Positions 39,117 to 48,751 of a stretch of DNA of 64,000 nucleotides are shown here, piece after piece (position 1 is the first letter of the stretch; every line of letters begins with the position of its first letter). The translations under genes and the position numbers were made by a program. The notes under the pieces were generated by a model that saw only the letters and a program-made list of their open reading frames with translations, did no database searches and was not told the origin of the DNA. This DNA is from an uncultured Candidatus Saccharibacteria bacterium. GTDB lineage: Bacteria; Patescibacteriota; Minisyncoccia; Phycocordibacterales; UBA12088. The stretch is from NCBI GenBank assembly GCA_964567265.1, contig CAZMLK010000002.1:2996-66995 (forward strand). The letters are read 5' to 3'.

Positions 39117-39230
39117 TGGGGTTTCCTTCTGGTTTGATGAGATTCCTCATCGAGCATACGCCCGATGTTTGGCGAATACAAGAGAAGTTCACCACTTCCT
39201 CATCTGCCTGACGATATACTTACCGCTTTC

Positions 39231-40919
39231 TTACATCTTTTCTGGAGTCCGGATACCGAGCAGGTGGAGGCCATTCTGCACGGTGGACTGGAATGCCTTG
39301 GTGAGGGCGACCTTGTACGGCGAGGCAGCATCATTCTGGTCGACGATCTTCTCATTCGCATACCAGGAGCTGAATGCTCCTGAGAGCTCGGTGAGATAGG
39401 TGGTGATGTAGTGCGGCTCGTACTCGACGGACGCACGCTCGACGATCTCAGGGAACCGGTAGAGAAGGCGCTCGAGCTCGGTGACGGACTCCGGCCGAGG
39501 CTGCGCCTCGGCCGGATCAAACGCAGCAATCCCTTCCTTCGCGGCTTTCTCGAGGACTGACAGCGCCCGCGTATGCGCGTACTGGAGATATGGCCCCGAA
39601 TCGCCCTCGAATGAAAGCGATTTCTCAGGATCGAAGATGATGTCCCGCCCCGTCGACTGTTTCAAAATGACATACTTGATCGCCGCGACCGCGACCATCT
39701 CGGCAACCGCCTCCTTGTCTGTAAGCTCGCGACCCTCCATCTTTTCCCGCGCTGCCGCCTTCATGTCCTCGATCAGCGATTCTCCGGTGATGACGTTCCC
39801 CTTCCGCGACGACATTTTCCCGGTCGTGAGCGTCAAAAATCCGTACGCAAGGTGCTTCACCTTTCCTTCGAGTTCCGGGAATATAAGCGCGAGCGCTTTG
39901 ATGAGCACCTTGAAGTAGTCGCGCTGTTCGACCGCGGTCGTCGTGACTGACAAGTCGAAAGCATACGCATCCTTCTTGAGAGACATGAGTCCGACATCCT
40001 TAGCCTCGTAGGTCGGAAGTCCCATCGAATTGATGAACACGCGCGTATGGAGCCCGTGGTTCTCGCCACGGAATATGACGGCGCCGTCGCTCTTTTCGAA
40101 AATACCGTCATCAATATGCGATTCGACGATCGCCTTCCCGACCGGCGCCGCCTCGCTCTCGAAAAATTCCAAATCGAATTCGGTGCCGAGCGTCTTACAG
40201 ATGTCTTCGAGGTGTCGCTTCGACGTCCCAATGCCAGCCGCGCGAAGCGCATTCAGCTCGGCGTCCGATCCTGCATACAGCGCCTTGTTGATCTCCTCGA
40301 TTTCCTTCTTAGCATCAGCACCCTCTTCATAGCCTGCGTTGCCGACACGATACGCTTCCCCAAGCGCAGCAATTTCTTTCGGGTCGCCTCCTGTTTTCTT
40401 GAGGCCCCACACCCCCTTCGCGACCGTAAGCCCTATGTCAGATGGATAGTTCACGCGCCTCACCTCCGCACCGTTCGCCTCGAACAGCCGTGCAATCGAT
40501 TCCCCCATGATGTTCGACATGAGATTCCCGATGTGGAGCGGCTTGAAGAGGTTGGGGCTCGTGTACTCGACCATCACCTTTTTTCCTGCAAGCGATTGGT
40601 TGCTTCCCCACCGATTCCCTTCCGCGAGTACGTGCACTGTGGCTTCCGTAAAGAAATCGCGGGCGAGGTGGAAGTTGATGAAGCCGGGTCCCGCGACCTC
40701 TACCTTTTCGATCATGCCTGCGGTTGGTATTGCGGCTGCGATTTCTTCGGCGAGCACCTTCGGATTCTTCCCCGCCTGCTTCGCGAGCGCGAGGGCAACA
40801 TTGGTCGAATAGTCTCCATGCGAGAGATCGCCCGGATGCTCGAGGGTTATCGAAGCAGCAGAAAGGCCGAGGACTGAAAGCGCCCTCTCGATCTCCTTCC
40901 GGATGTGATCTGCAGTCAT
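39231..40919 (-). CDS. argS: arginyl-tRNA synthetase
   Basis: N-terminal Arg_tRNA_synt_N fold, HIGH-like HIGN region, class I core; start at MTADHIRK (ATG 40919). Confidence 0.88.
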   Translation of the reverse strand: MTADHIRKEIERALSVLGLSAASITLEHPGDLSHGDYSTNVALALAKQAGKNPKVLAEEIAAAIPTAGMIEKVEVAGPGFINFHLARDFFTEATVHVLAEGNRWGSNQSLAGKKVMVEYTSPNLFKPLHIGNLMSNIMGESIARLFEANGAEVRRVNYPSDIGLTVAKGVWGLKKTGGDPKEIAALGEAYRVGNAGYEEGADAKKEIEEINKALYAGSDAELNALRAAGIGTSKRHLEDICKTLGTEFDLEFFESEAAPVGKAIVESHIDDGIFEKSDGAVIFRGENHGLHTRVFINSMGLPTYEAKDVGLMSLKKDAYAFDLSVTTTAVEQRDYFKVLIKALALIFPELEGKVKHLAYGFLTLTTGKMSSRKGNVITGESLIEDMKAAAREKMEGRELTDKEAVAEMVAVAAIKYVILKQSTGRDIIFDPEKSLSFEGDSGPYLQYAHTRALSVLEKAAKEGIAAFDPAEAQPRPESVTELERLLYRFPEIVERASVEYEPHYITTYLTELSGAFSSWYANEKIVDQNDAASPYKVALTKAFQSTVQNGLHLLGIRTPEKM

Positions 40920-40963
40920 GGAGCCAGTATACAAAAATGCCTCAAATGCGCTACGAAGCGCTT

Positions 40964-42058
40964 TTATTTCGTCTCGAGCTTGAGCGCGGGAGGGACCTCT
41001 GCCGCGACGACGTGGAAGCCGATGCGGCCAATGACCTGGCCTCGCGCGGTCTCCACCGACACGCGCCATTTGCCGGGCGTTACATTCGCCGATTCGGTGT
41101 AGCCACGATAACCCTTCCCCTGCCCACCCGAAATCGGATAGTCGATCCGTGAGAGCGTAACCCAGGAATCCTTGGCGTCATCGTAGCGCTCGAAATGATG
41201 GTAGACGGATGTATTGAGGTCCGTCGGCGCGAACACGGAAGCGAAGATCATCACGGGCTCGCCGGCGACTTGATGGTACACGGGATCGCTCTTCCGCCAG
41301 AAGATGTAGCGGGGCGCCGGCTCATACTGGATTTCGTAGTCGCCGATCGTCGTCCGTTCGACACGATGGACCACCTCGAGCGTCTTCATCGAGAGTGGCA
41401 CCGGCGGGATGAGGTTGGTGAAATAGAGCAGGTTCATCATGACGTAGATCGCGCCGACTGCCCCTGCGATCACGCGGATGCTCTCACGAAGCCGCGCTTC
41501 CGAGAAGGTGTTGATGAGGAAGAGCAGGCCCGTGATGCCGGCAAGACTCATGATGCCCGCGAGCACGAAGAGATAGGGCGACATGAATCCGAAGAGGATT
41601 GGAAGCTGGAATATGAGGAAGGAAAAAAGCACGAGGAAGAACATCGCGACCTGGAGCGCGAAACGCTGGTAGCGTTCCCTGAGGAATTCATTCCCGGTGA
41701 GAAGCGCGGCGAGGATGAGAATGAACGGCCATGATGCCGACAGCGCGGCGGAGCGGAAATAGAAGACAAAGTAGCCAGAAAAGAGCGCCCCCAGAGAAAA
41801 CTGCGCGACGTTCGGAAGCCAGGACGCGTACGACGTGACATGCCGATGCCGAACCCTCCCCGATTCGATGAGCTGCATGAGGACGATGGAGGCCGCGACG
41901 ATTGCGAGATGAGTGAGGAGGACCAGCTGGTCGAACCAGAAATCGATGCGTGTCAGCGTCAGGTTGTCCCACACGAACCCGAGCACAAAGAACACGGTCG
42001 CGGCGTGCTCCGCATGATGCCTGAAGAAGGTGAGTTGTTTCTGAAGCCAGGCTTTCAT
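40964..42058 (-). CDS. polytopic membrane protein with C-terminal DUF2914-like domain
   Basis: 8+ TM helices then soluble domain; start at MKAWLQKQ. Confidence 0.65.
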   Translation of the reverse strand: MKAWLQKQLTFFRHHAEHAATVFFVLGFVWDNLTLTRIDFWFDQLVLLTHLAIVAASIVLMQLIESGRVRHRHVTSYASWLPNVAQFSLGALFSGYFVFYFRSAALSASWPFILILAALLTGNEFLRERYQRFALQVAMFFLVLFSFLIFQLPILFGFMSPYLFVLAGIMSLAGITGLLFLINTFSEARLRESIRVIAGAVGAIYVMMNLLYFTNLIPPVPLSMKTLEVVHRVERTTIGDYEIQYEPAPRYIFWRKSDPVYHQVAGEPVMIFASVFAPTDLNTSVYHHFERYDDAKDSWVTLSRIDYPISGGQGKGYRGYTESANVTPGKWRVSVETARGQVIGRIGFHVVAAEVPPALKLETK

Positions 42059-42177
42059 TGAGAGTACTCGGATGGTGCCCGCGAAGCCGCAGGCTTCGCG
42101 GGCACCCGCATGCCTCCATCTTGCCAGATGTTTGGCAATGTGGATACTGTCGAAAGCAACCATCGGAGATATCCTCG

Positions 42178-42648
42178 ATGCCAAACGGGAAGACATCGTC
42201 AACCGCCCTATTCGTGCAGCTCATCGAATGCACCAGCACGCTGATCCGTATCCTCAACGAGGAAACGGCAGAGGTGAAAAGAGGAGACCTGCCGCATGCC
42301 TCCTTGCGTATCGGGAGCAAGAGTCGCGAGCTTAATCGCCTCGCGGTACTCATGCATAAGATGCTCCGGCTCGATCCAGAGGGCGTTGCGAAGGTGCATC
42401 TCATTCATCGAAATACCGCCGAACAGCACCTACGCGAATTCTGGACTGCGCGGCTCGAGAACCTGACCGCCCTCACCGCGGCGCTGCTTCCGTTCGATCC
42501 GGGCGCGCGGCCGAGTGACACACAAAACTTCATCACGCTCTCGCGCAGCCTCGTTGACTTTGAGCAGCCGGAGGGTGAGGCCAAGATCATCTCGTTCCAG
42601 GAAATGTTCACGCTCCTTCGAAACGACGAGCCGCCTAGCGAAAGCTAG
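42178..42648 (+). CDS. hypothetical protein (156 aa)
   Basis: ORF with GGAGAT RBS 9 nt upstream of ATG 42178; between two minus-strand genes. Confidence 0.45.
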   Translation: MPNGKTSSTALFVQLIECTSTLIRILNEETAEVKRGDLPHASLRIGSKSRELNRLAVLMHKMLRLDPEGVAKVHLIHRNTAEQHLREFWTARLENLTALTAALLPFDPGARPSDTQNFITLSRSLVDFEQPEGEAKIISFQEMFTLLRNDEPPSES

Positions 42649-42665
42649 GCGGCGTTTTCTTTTAC

Positions 42666-43934
42666 TTATACGAATGCGTCAGGAATCGGGAATTTCTGGC
42701 AGAGGCTTCTGATTTCTTCATGCACTTCCTTCTTGATCGCCGCATCATCCTTGTTGCGGAGCGTGTGGAGGAGGAGCTCGGCGACACGCGCGGATTCGGC
42801 CTCAGTGAATCCGCGCGTCGTGATCGCTGGCGTGCCGAAACGAATACCGGATGGATCCATCGGCCCCCGGGGATCATCCGCGATCGCATTCTTGTTGAGT
42901 GTCATGCCAACCTCATCGAGCACCGTCTGCGCTTCCTTCCCAGTGACGCCCAGGGATCCGAACACGTCCGCGAGGATGAGATGGTTCGATGTTCCTCCGG
43001 CGAGCATGCGGACATTTTCCTTGCGGAAAACTGCCTCCATTGCCTTCGCGTTCTTCAAAATCTGAGCTGCATATTTCTGGAAGACCGGTGTCGCTGCTTC
43101 CGCGAAGCAGATCGCCTTCCCCGCGATGACATTCATGTGCGGCCCGCCCTGGAGTCCTGGGAACACAGTCTTATCGATCTTCTTCGCGATCTCCTCGCTC
43201 TCGCGCGTGAGGATCATGCCGCCGCGCGGGCCGCGAAGCGTCTTATGGGTCGTCGTCGTGATGACGTCGAAGCCGTCATCGAATGGATTCCGTGCAGCCT
43301 TTCCGACGATGAGGCCTGCGATATGCGCCATGTCCGCAACTGTAATCGCGCCCACTTCCTTTGCGATTGCTACGAACTTCGCGTAGTCGAGCTCGCGCGG
43401 ATATGCGGAGAACCCGGCAAGGATGATCTTCGGCTTTTCCTTGAGGGCGACTGTGCGGAGCGCGTCATAGTCGATCTCGCCCGTCTCGACGTCCTTCATC
43501 TTGTAGGTGACGAAGCGGAAGATCTTCGCCGGGAAGGTCATCGGATGTCCGTGCGTAAGATGTCCCCCGTGCGAGAGGTCCATGCCAAGGACGGTGTCAC
43601 CTGGTTCGAGGAGCGCAGCATACACCGCGAGATTCGCCGGGGCGCCCGAGAGAGGCTGTACATTCACGTATTTCGCGCCGAAGAGCGCCTTCGCGCGCTC
43701 GATCGCCAAATTCTCAACCGCATCGGTGAATTCCTGCCCGCCATAGTAGCGCTTCCCCGGAAGTCCTTCCGAGTACTTGTTTGTCATCGCAGAGCCGAGC
43801 GCTTCGCGAACCGCTTTCGATACGTAATTTTCAGACGGGATGAGCTCGATGCCGTCGCGCTGCCGATGTTCCTCGCCCATGAGTGCGGCGTAGACGTCCT
43901 TATCCTGATTCTTAGTGAAAGAATATTGATCCAT
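42666..43934 (-). CDS. glyA: serine hydroxymethyltransferase
   Basis: LIPSENYVS, PLP site TTTTHKTLRGPRGG. Confidence 0.95.
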   Translation of the reverse strand: MDQYSFTKNQDKDVYAALMGEEHRQRDGIELIPSENYVSKAVREALGSAMTNKYSEGLPGKRYYGGQEFTDAVENLAIERAKALFGAKYVNVQPLSGAPANLAVYAALLEPGDTVLGMDLSHGGHLTHGHPMTFPAKIFRFVTYKMKDVETGEIDYDALRTVALKEKPKIILAGFSAYPRELDYAKFVAIAKEVGAITVADMAHIAGLIVGKAARNPFDDGFDVITTTTHKTLRGPRGGMILTRESEEIAKKIDKTVFPGLQGGPHMNVIAGKAICFAEAATPVFQKYAAQILKNAKAMEAVFRKENVRMLAGGTSNHLILADVFGSLGVTGKEAQTVLDEVGMTLNKNAIADDPRGPMDPSGIRFGTPAITTRGFTEAESARVAELLLHTLRNKDDAAIKKEVHEEIRSLCQKFPIPDAFV

Positions 43935-43999
43935 GCTGGTGGAGTGAGTTTAGTAAAACCAGGTTGTTGGATCATCAGACCATAGTGTTTTTTGGAAAA

Positions 44000-44956
44000 T
44001 TATCCGTGGATTGCCTTATTATACCCTCCTGCGACGGTGAGCTCCGCCTTGATCGGCGGATGCGCCTCATAGCCTTCCAAGGTCACATCTGCCGGCGTGA
44101 AGGAATCCAGCGTCACGCCGTCCTTGATCGTGACTTTTGAAAATGGCTTTGGCTCCCGTGTCAGCTGCTCCTTCGCTGCTTCCATATGGTTCTCGTAGAT
44201 GTGGACATCACCGAACGTATGGATGAATTCGCCCGGCTCATTCCCCGTGATCTTCGCGAGGAGCATGGTGAGGAGCGCGTAGCTTCCGATATTGAACGGC
44301 ACACCGAGGAAGATGTCGGCCGAGCGCTGGTAGAGCTGCAAGGAGAGCTTCCCCTCTTTCACGTTGATCTGGTACATGTTGTGGCAGATCGGAAAGCGCG
44401 CACCCTCCCCCGGCTTTGCCATCGCATACAAATATTCAGGATTCCATGAGGACACGAGCGTATTATGCGCATCCGGATCCTTGGTGATCTCGTCGATGAT
44501 CCACCCGACCTGGTCGACGGCACGGCCATCCTTTGCAGGCCACCGCCGCCACAACTCGCCATAGATATGCGGCAATTCGCCGTTCGCTTTCGCGAACGCA
44601 CCGTCAGCATGAATCGCTTCGACGAACGCCTCCTTGGTCATGTCAGGCGCTTCCCCTTTCGCGACCTTTTCCTTATAGATCTTGTACGGATAGTCATCCC
44701 AGATGTGGACGTTGTTGTCGACGAGGTACTTGATATTCGACTGGCCCGAGAAGAACCAGTAGAGCTCATGGAGCACGCCCTGCCAGTACACTTTTTTTGT
44801 CGTGAGGAGCGGGAATCCTTTTGAGAGATCGAAACGCATGCCGCCGCCGAAGAGGCTGTACGTCGCGACGCCGGTTCCCTTATCCACCTGCTTCACGCCG
44901 CGCTCGAGGAGCGCGCGGAGGAGGTCGAGGTATTGCTGTTCGGGATGCGGCTGCAT
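44000..44956 (-). CDS. thyA: thymidylate synthase (ThyA type, with insertions)
   Basis: FPLLTTKKV, nucleophile region PICHNMYQ, C-terminal DVHIYENH. Confidence 0.85.
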   Translation of the reverse strand: MQPHPEQQYLDLLRALLERGVKQVDKGTGVATYSLFGGGMRFDLSKGFPLLTTKKVYWQGVLHELYWFFSGQSNIKYLVDNNVHIWDDYPYKIYKEKVAKGEAPDMTKEAFVEAIHADGAFAKANGELPHIYGELWRRWPAKDGRAVDQVGWIIDEITKDPDAHNTLVSSWNPEYLYAMAKPGEGARFPICHNMYQINVKEGKLSLQLYQRSADIFLGVPFNIGSYALLTMLLAKITGNEPGEFIHTFGDVHIYENHMEAAKEQLTREPKPFSKVTIKDGVTLDSFTPADVTLEGYEAHPPIKAELTVAGGYNKAIHG

Positions 44957-44963
44957 GCGGATT

Positions 44964-45527
44964 TTATTTTTTCTTCGAGGTTGGGCGGGACTTCGCGGAT
45001 GCGAAGTTCTTGAAATTATCCTTCGAGTAGCGGCCCACCTTCTTGTAGTTCTGACGCGGGGGCGAGGATAGCTCGGAGAAGGTCAGCTGCGCGATCGCCA
45101 TGTTCGGCCGGAGGATGATCGGCACGTTGTTGAGGTTGCAGAGCTCGAGGGCGACATTGAGGAAGTGGCCTGGGTTGATGAGTGCTGCGGAGTTGTGTAC
45201 CAAAAGGCCGATCCGCGCGAGCGAGCTCTTGCCATTGACCTCGATCAGGTGCGTGTCAGAACCGAAGTAGTCCTTCGAGTAGCCGAGGATCGAGACGCCC
45301 GGGTGGAGCACGAAGATCTCATCATCCTTAATCTTCACTTCCTTCGCCTTCGGGAAGATCTTCTTCACTGGGTCGATGAAGGTCGAGGAATGCGCATCGT
45401 TCACGAAGAAGGTGTTGCCGAGGAGGATATCGTAGCTCGCCGGCTGGAGGCGCTTCTCGTCGAAGGGAGTGAGCGTGATCTCACCAGCGAGGACTGCTTT
45501 CTTGATATCGGTGTCTGAGAGGAACAT
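44964..45527 (-). CDS. dcd: dCTP deaminase
   Basis: LQPASYDILLG and beta-barrel dUTPase-like core. Confidence 0.85.
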   Translation of the reverse strand: MFLSDTDIKKAVLAGEITLTPFDEKRLQPASYDILLGNTFFVNDAHSSTFIDPVKKIFPKAKEVKIKDDEIFVLHPGVSILGYSKDYFGSDTHLIEVNGKSSLARIGLLVHNSAALINPGHFLNVALELCNLNNVPIILRPNMAIAQLTFSELSSPPRQNYKKVGRYSKDNFKNFASAKSRPTSKKK

Positions 45528-45536
45528 GTGGAAATA

Positions 45537-46214
45537 TTATTCGATAACGAAAATCTTGTCGGTACCGTAGTACTCCGGCCAATGCTGATTGTAATGCGCG
45601 AACATGCGCTCGAGCCTTGATTGCGGCAGCTCGGCGACGCCGACCGCCTGCATGAGGCTCCGGATCTCGCCGCGGATCTTATCACCCTCGCTCATGTCGT
45701 CCGCCATCCGCTCGAATTCGGCGAGGTAGCCGTACCCAGCGTTCTTGTCGAGGCAGACCTTCGTCCCCTGGCAGAGATACTCCTCGCGTTCGCGCGACCA
45801 CTTCGCCTGATAGGAAAAGCCTGCGGCGAGAATCGCCTGATCGAGCTCGTCGAGCGTGTGGCCCGGGACTTCTTCCTCGAACTCAAGGCGTGAGACGCCG
45901 TTCGCGCTCGTGTGCGCATCCACGGACGCTTTCACGACGAGGAGGATCTTGCCGTCGATCTCGCGGGTGCGGATCGAAAAATTGCTCCCGGTTTCAAGGA
46001 TTGTGTGGAGCGCCTGCTGCTGTTCGACATCCGAGAAGAGCGGCGAGAGCTTTTGTTCCAGCTCTTTCACCTTATCACCTGCAAAATAATGATTTAGTTG
46101 TTTATTCTTGCATATAAGTGTCGTATTCGCATCAACACGTTTCAAAGAAATGCGAAGATTTTCTGCATTCTCAGCACTTCCTAACAGGGACTTGATTTCA
46201 ATCTCATACTGCAT
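45537..46214 (-). CDS. CYTH-domain protein (CyaB/thiamine-triphosphatase-like)
   Basis: starts MQYEIEIKSLL (EIEIK CYTH opening); acidic patches; first ~45 codons lie in the low-GC block. Confidence 0.6.
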   Translation of the reverse strand: MQYEIEIKSLLGSAENAENLRISLKRVDANTTLICKNKQLNHYFAGDKVKELEQKLSPLFSDVEQQQALHTILETGSNFSIRTREIDGKILLVVKASVDAHTSANGVSRLEFEEEVPGHTLDELDQAILAAGFSYQAKWSREREEYLCQGTKVCLDKNAGYGYLAEFERMADDMSEGDKIRGEIRSLMQAVGVAELPQSRLERMFAHYNQHWPEYYGTDKIFVIE

Positions 46215-46343
46215 AAAAACTGCCTTAAGTTATCCCTACTGCATATAACAATGATTCATTGTACTATTAGTTTATTAAAGTAGATTCATTGACGAAATGC
46301 GCTATTGATTGTTTTCTACTCAATTACCCTTCCCTATACTGAA

Positions 46344-46907
46344 ATGACTGAGAAAAAGGCGAGAATAAGCGCAATTGCTGCCATAGGAAAAGACACCCGG
46401 GCTATTTGTGAAGATGGCCACTTGATGTGGCATATTCCCGAAGACATGAAACGTTTACGTAGCCTTACACTTGGGCACGTACTTGTTATGGGGCGAAAGA
46501 CTTACGACTCTATTGGTCACCCACTTAAAGGACGGGTAAATATCATTGTTACAAGAAACAATGATTATTTGCCCAAAATTCCTGCCGATTTTATAAATGA
46601 AACAGTGGTAGTTTGTCATTCAATCGAGGGCGCCTTAGAGAAAGCTGAAGAATTGGAGCAACCAAAAGAAGCAGGCAAAGAGCGTGAAATTTTTATATTT
46701 GGTGGTGGCGAAATTTATGCAGCAGCATTGGCTCAGACAGAGAGGTTATATTTAACGTTGGTAGAAGATGCCAAAAAAGGAACCGCCTGTTTCCCTGACT
46801 ACGGCGCAGAGTTTACAAAAGTCATTGAAGAAAGCGAAAGGCAATTTTGGGAAAGCGGAAATGGACCGATTCCCTATCACTGGATTGATCTAGAGCGGGA
46901 GAAATAG
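46344..46907 (+). CDS. folA: dihydrofolate reductase on a low-GC (~42%) segment
   Basis: ISAIAAIGKD..., VLVMGRKTYDSIG, IFIFGGGEIY DHFR motifs; start at MTEKKA. Confidence 0.85.
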   Translation: MTEKKARISAIAAIGKDTRAICEDGHLMWHIPEDMKRLRSLTLGHVLVMGRKTYDSIGHPLKGRVNIIVTRNNDYLPKIPADFINETVVVCHSIEGALEKAEELEQPKEAGKEREIFIFGGGEIYAAALAQTERLYLTLVEDAKKGTACFPDYGAEFTKVIEESERQFWESGNGPIPYHWIDLEREK

Positions 46908-46925
46908 ACACCTTTTGAAAAGTAT

Positions 46926-46962
46926 GAGCGCACCGGAACAGAATGTTCCGGCGCGCTTTATT
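46926..46962 (+). terminator. terminator after folA
   Basis: gcgcaccggaaca-gaa-tgttccggcgcgc (one mismatch) + ttta. Confidence 0.6.
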
Positions 46963-47371
46963 ATGAATCCGTAAATGGCCTGCGTTCACCGTCTGCATGA
47001 TTGCGTCTGATGAATACCTCGACATACGCGGCCCCGAGCTCGTTTGAGGGATCGCACGTTTCAATGTACGGTCCAAGCATCGACACGGTGGCACGTATTT
47101 TGGGACAGCGGCTAAGCACGAGCGCGGGACGTCTCCGTTCCTTGAGCGTATCAAGAACGGCCGGCAAGTGCTCGCCAAGCGCCTGCGCATCAACGACGGC
47201 GAAGGTGTACTGCGCTCCGTGGCAGAAAAAACGTACCCGCTCTTCGAGCGAAAGCGTACGAGGCGCTCCTTCTCCGAGGACGCTCGGTTGTACACCATTC
47301 CGAGAAAGCAATGCAGCCATATCAAAGATACGCTCATCTTCTGCTCCGCAGAGTATAGTAGCGACAGTCAT
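46961..47371 (-). CDS. hypothetical protein (136 aa)
   Basis: ORF with host-like composition; competing + ORF 47001-47387 judged less likely. Confidence 0.4.
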   Translation of the reverse strand: MTVATILCGAEDERIFDMAALLSRNGVQPSVLGEGAPRTLSLEERVRFFCHGAQYTFAVVDAQALGEHLPAVLDTLKERRRPALVLSRCPKIRATVSMLGPYIETCDPSNELGAAYVEVFIRRNHADGERRPFTDS

Positions 47372-47472
47372 CGAGTACCCCTCCTGATTTGAACAGCCTA
47401 GTATCTATAGTATAGAAACGCCTATGGAAATTTTATGAAGCGCTTTTAAAAAGAAAGCGGCCCGGAGGCCGC

Positions 47473-48072
47473 TCACTGAATCTGATGGTATGTCCATGGC
47501 TCGTTCGCAAAAATCTGGCGAACGAGTGGAAGGAGCTTCTCCTTCTTGATTTCGACATTGCCTGCCATGGAGCGTTCTGCCTGCTCGAACGACGCAGCCC
47601 ATCGGGCGCCGAGAATCTTGAGTTGCCGGGTCTTCTTATCAGCTTCGAGGCAGATTCGCCGCTGGAGGATTCCCGGAGTCACATAAATGCGGATCGGAAA
47701 ATACCGCTTCCCCGTCCACGGCTTCTCCATGACCTTGGGGATGTCGAAGTGAGGGGCGATGGCTTCGACGCGAGCGGTTGCGGGCCGAATGATGAGACCC
47801 ACTTCCTCGCGGAGCTCCTTGGCTGCCGCGGTCGTGATGTTGTCGCTATCGCGCCGCTCCTCGATGCCGCCTTGCACCGGCTTCTCCTGCTCGGGATGCG
47901 CTGCGGGATTGATGAGCATGAAATAGGTGGTCGATTCGATACGCGTGTACAGCATGACAATGACGGTCGGCCGGAGATGCGCCTTGCGGGACTCCTTGAT
48001 CGCATTCTTAAGCTTCCGCTGCTCCTTTGCCGTAAGGAACTTGAGCGGAAAGGTGACGTGCTTTCGTGCCAC
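47473..48072 (-). CDS. NUDIX hydrolase
   Basis: Nudix box GGIEERRDSDNITTAAAKELREEVGL. Confidence 0.8.
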   Translation of the reverse strand: MARKHVTFPLKFLTAKEQRKLKNAIKESRKAHLRPTVIVMLYTRIESTTYFMLINPAAHPEQEKPVQGGIEERRDSDNITTAAAKELREEVGLIIRPATARVEAIAPHFDIPKVMEKPWTGKRYFPIRIYVTPGILQRRICLEADKKTRQLKILGARWAASFEQAERSMAGNVEIKKEKLLPLVRQIFANEPWTYHQIQ

Positions 48073-48138
48073 TACAGCTCCTTCTCTGATTGGGGTCTGG
48101 CGTGAGTGTAGTGGGTATGCCCGATTTGCGCAAGGAAT

Positions 48139-48174
48139 GCAAACGGCCGCGAGCTTTCGCTCGCGGCCGTTTGC
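48139..48174. other. 16-bp perfect hairpin gcaaacggccgcgagc-tttc-gctcgcggccgtttgc
   Basis: strong stem-loop between NUDIX start and rplK end; T-rich on + side. Confidence 0.5.
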
Positions 48175-48227
48175 ATTTGTGATTTGAAATTATTTCACTT
48201 CAATTCCTTACAGGAACTGTCCACTTT

Positions 48228-48268
48228 GGGGATATTTTCCACGCACTGAAGTGCTTGAAAATATCCCC
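48228..48268 (-). terminator. hairpin just downstream of rplK (12-bp stem ggggatattttc/gaaaatatcccc with structured loop)
   Basis: perfect inverted repeat 20 nt after rplK stop; no clear U-tract. Confidence 0.45.
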
Positions 48269-48288
48269 AAAGTCTATCGAGGTCAAAT

Positions 48289-48711
48289 TTATTTGACTTC
48301 GATACCCATTGACCGTGCCGTGCCCGCGATGATCTTCATCGCCGCATCGACATCGTTCGCATTGAGATCGGCCATCTTCTTCTCAGCGACTTCGCGGAGC
48401 TGGTCCTTCGTGATCGAACCCGCCTTTGAGGCGACATTCTTGCTCGAGCCCTTGTCCTTGCCTGCGGCCTTGAGGATGAGGCGGGATGCCGGAGACACCT
48501 TGAGGATGAAATCGTAGGTGCGGTCTTCGTAGACTGTGATCTCGACCGGCGTGATATCGCCCATGTTCGCGCGCGTCGCATCGTTGAACTGCGTCACGAA
48601 CTGGCCGATGTTAATACCTGCCTGGCCGAGCGCCGGTCCGACTGGAGGTGCCGGGGTAGCCTTCCCTGCCGGGATCTGAAGCTTGAGTTTCTTGATTATT
48701 TTCTTTGCCAT
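48289..48711 (-). CDS. rplK: 50S ribosomal protein L11
   Basis: [35 protein letters not shown]... Confidence 0.95.
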   Translation of the reverse strand: MAKKIIKKLKLQIPAGKATPAPPVGPALGQAGINIGQFVTQFNDATRANMGDITPVEITVYEDRTYDFILKVSPASRLILKAAGKDKGSSKNVASKAGSITKDQLREVAEKKMADLNANDVDAAMKIIAGTARSMGIEVK

Positions 48712-48751
48712 ATGTTTGTTCGTCTGTATTCCTTAGCCGCGTAACCGTACC

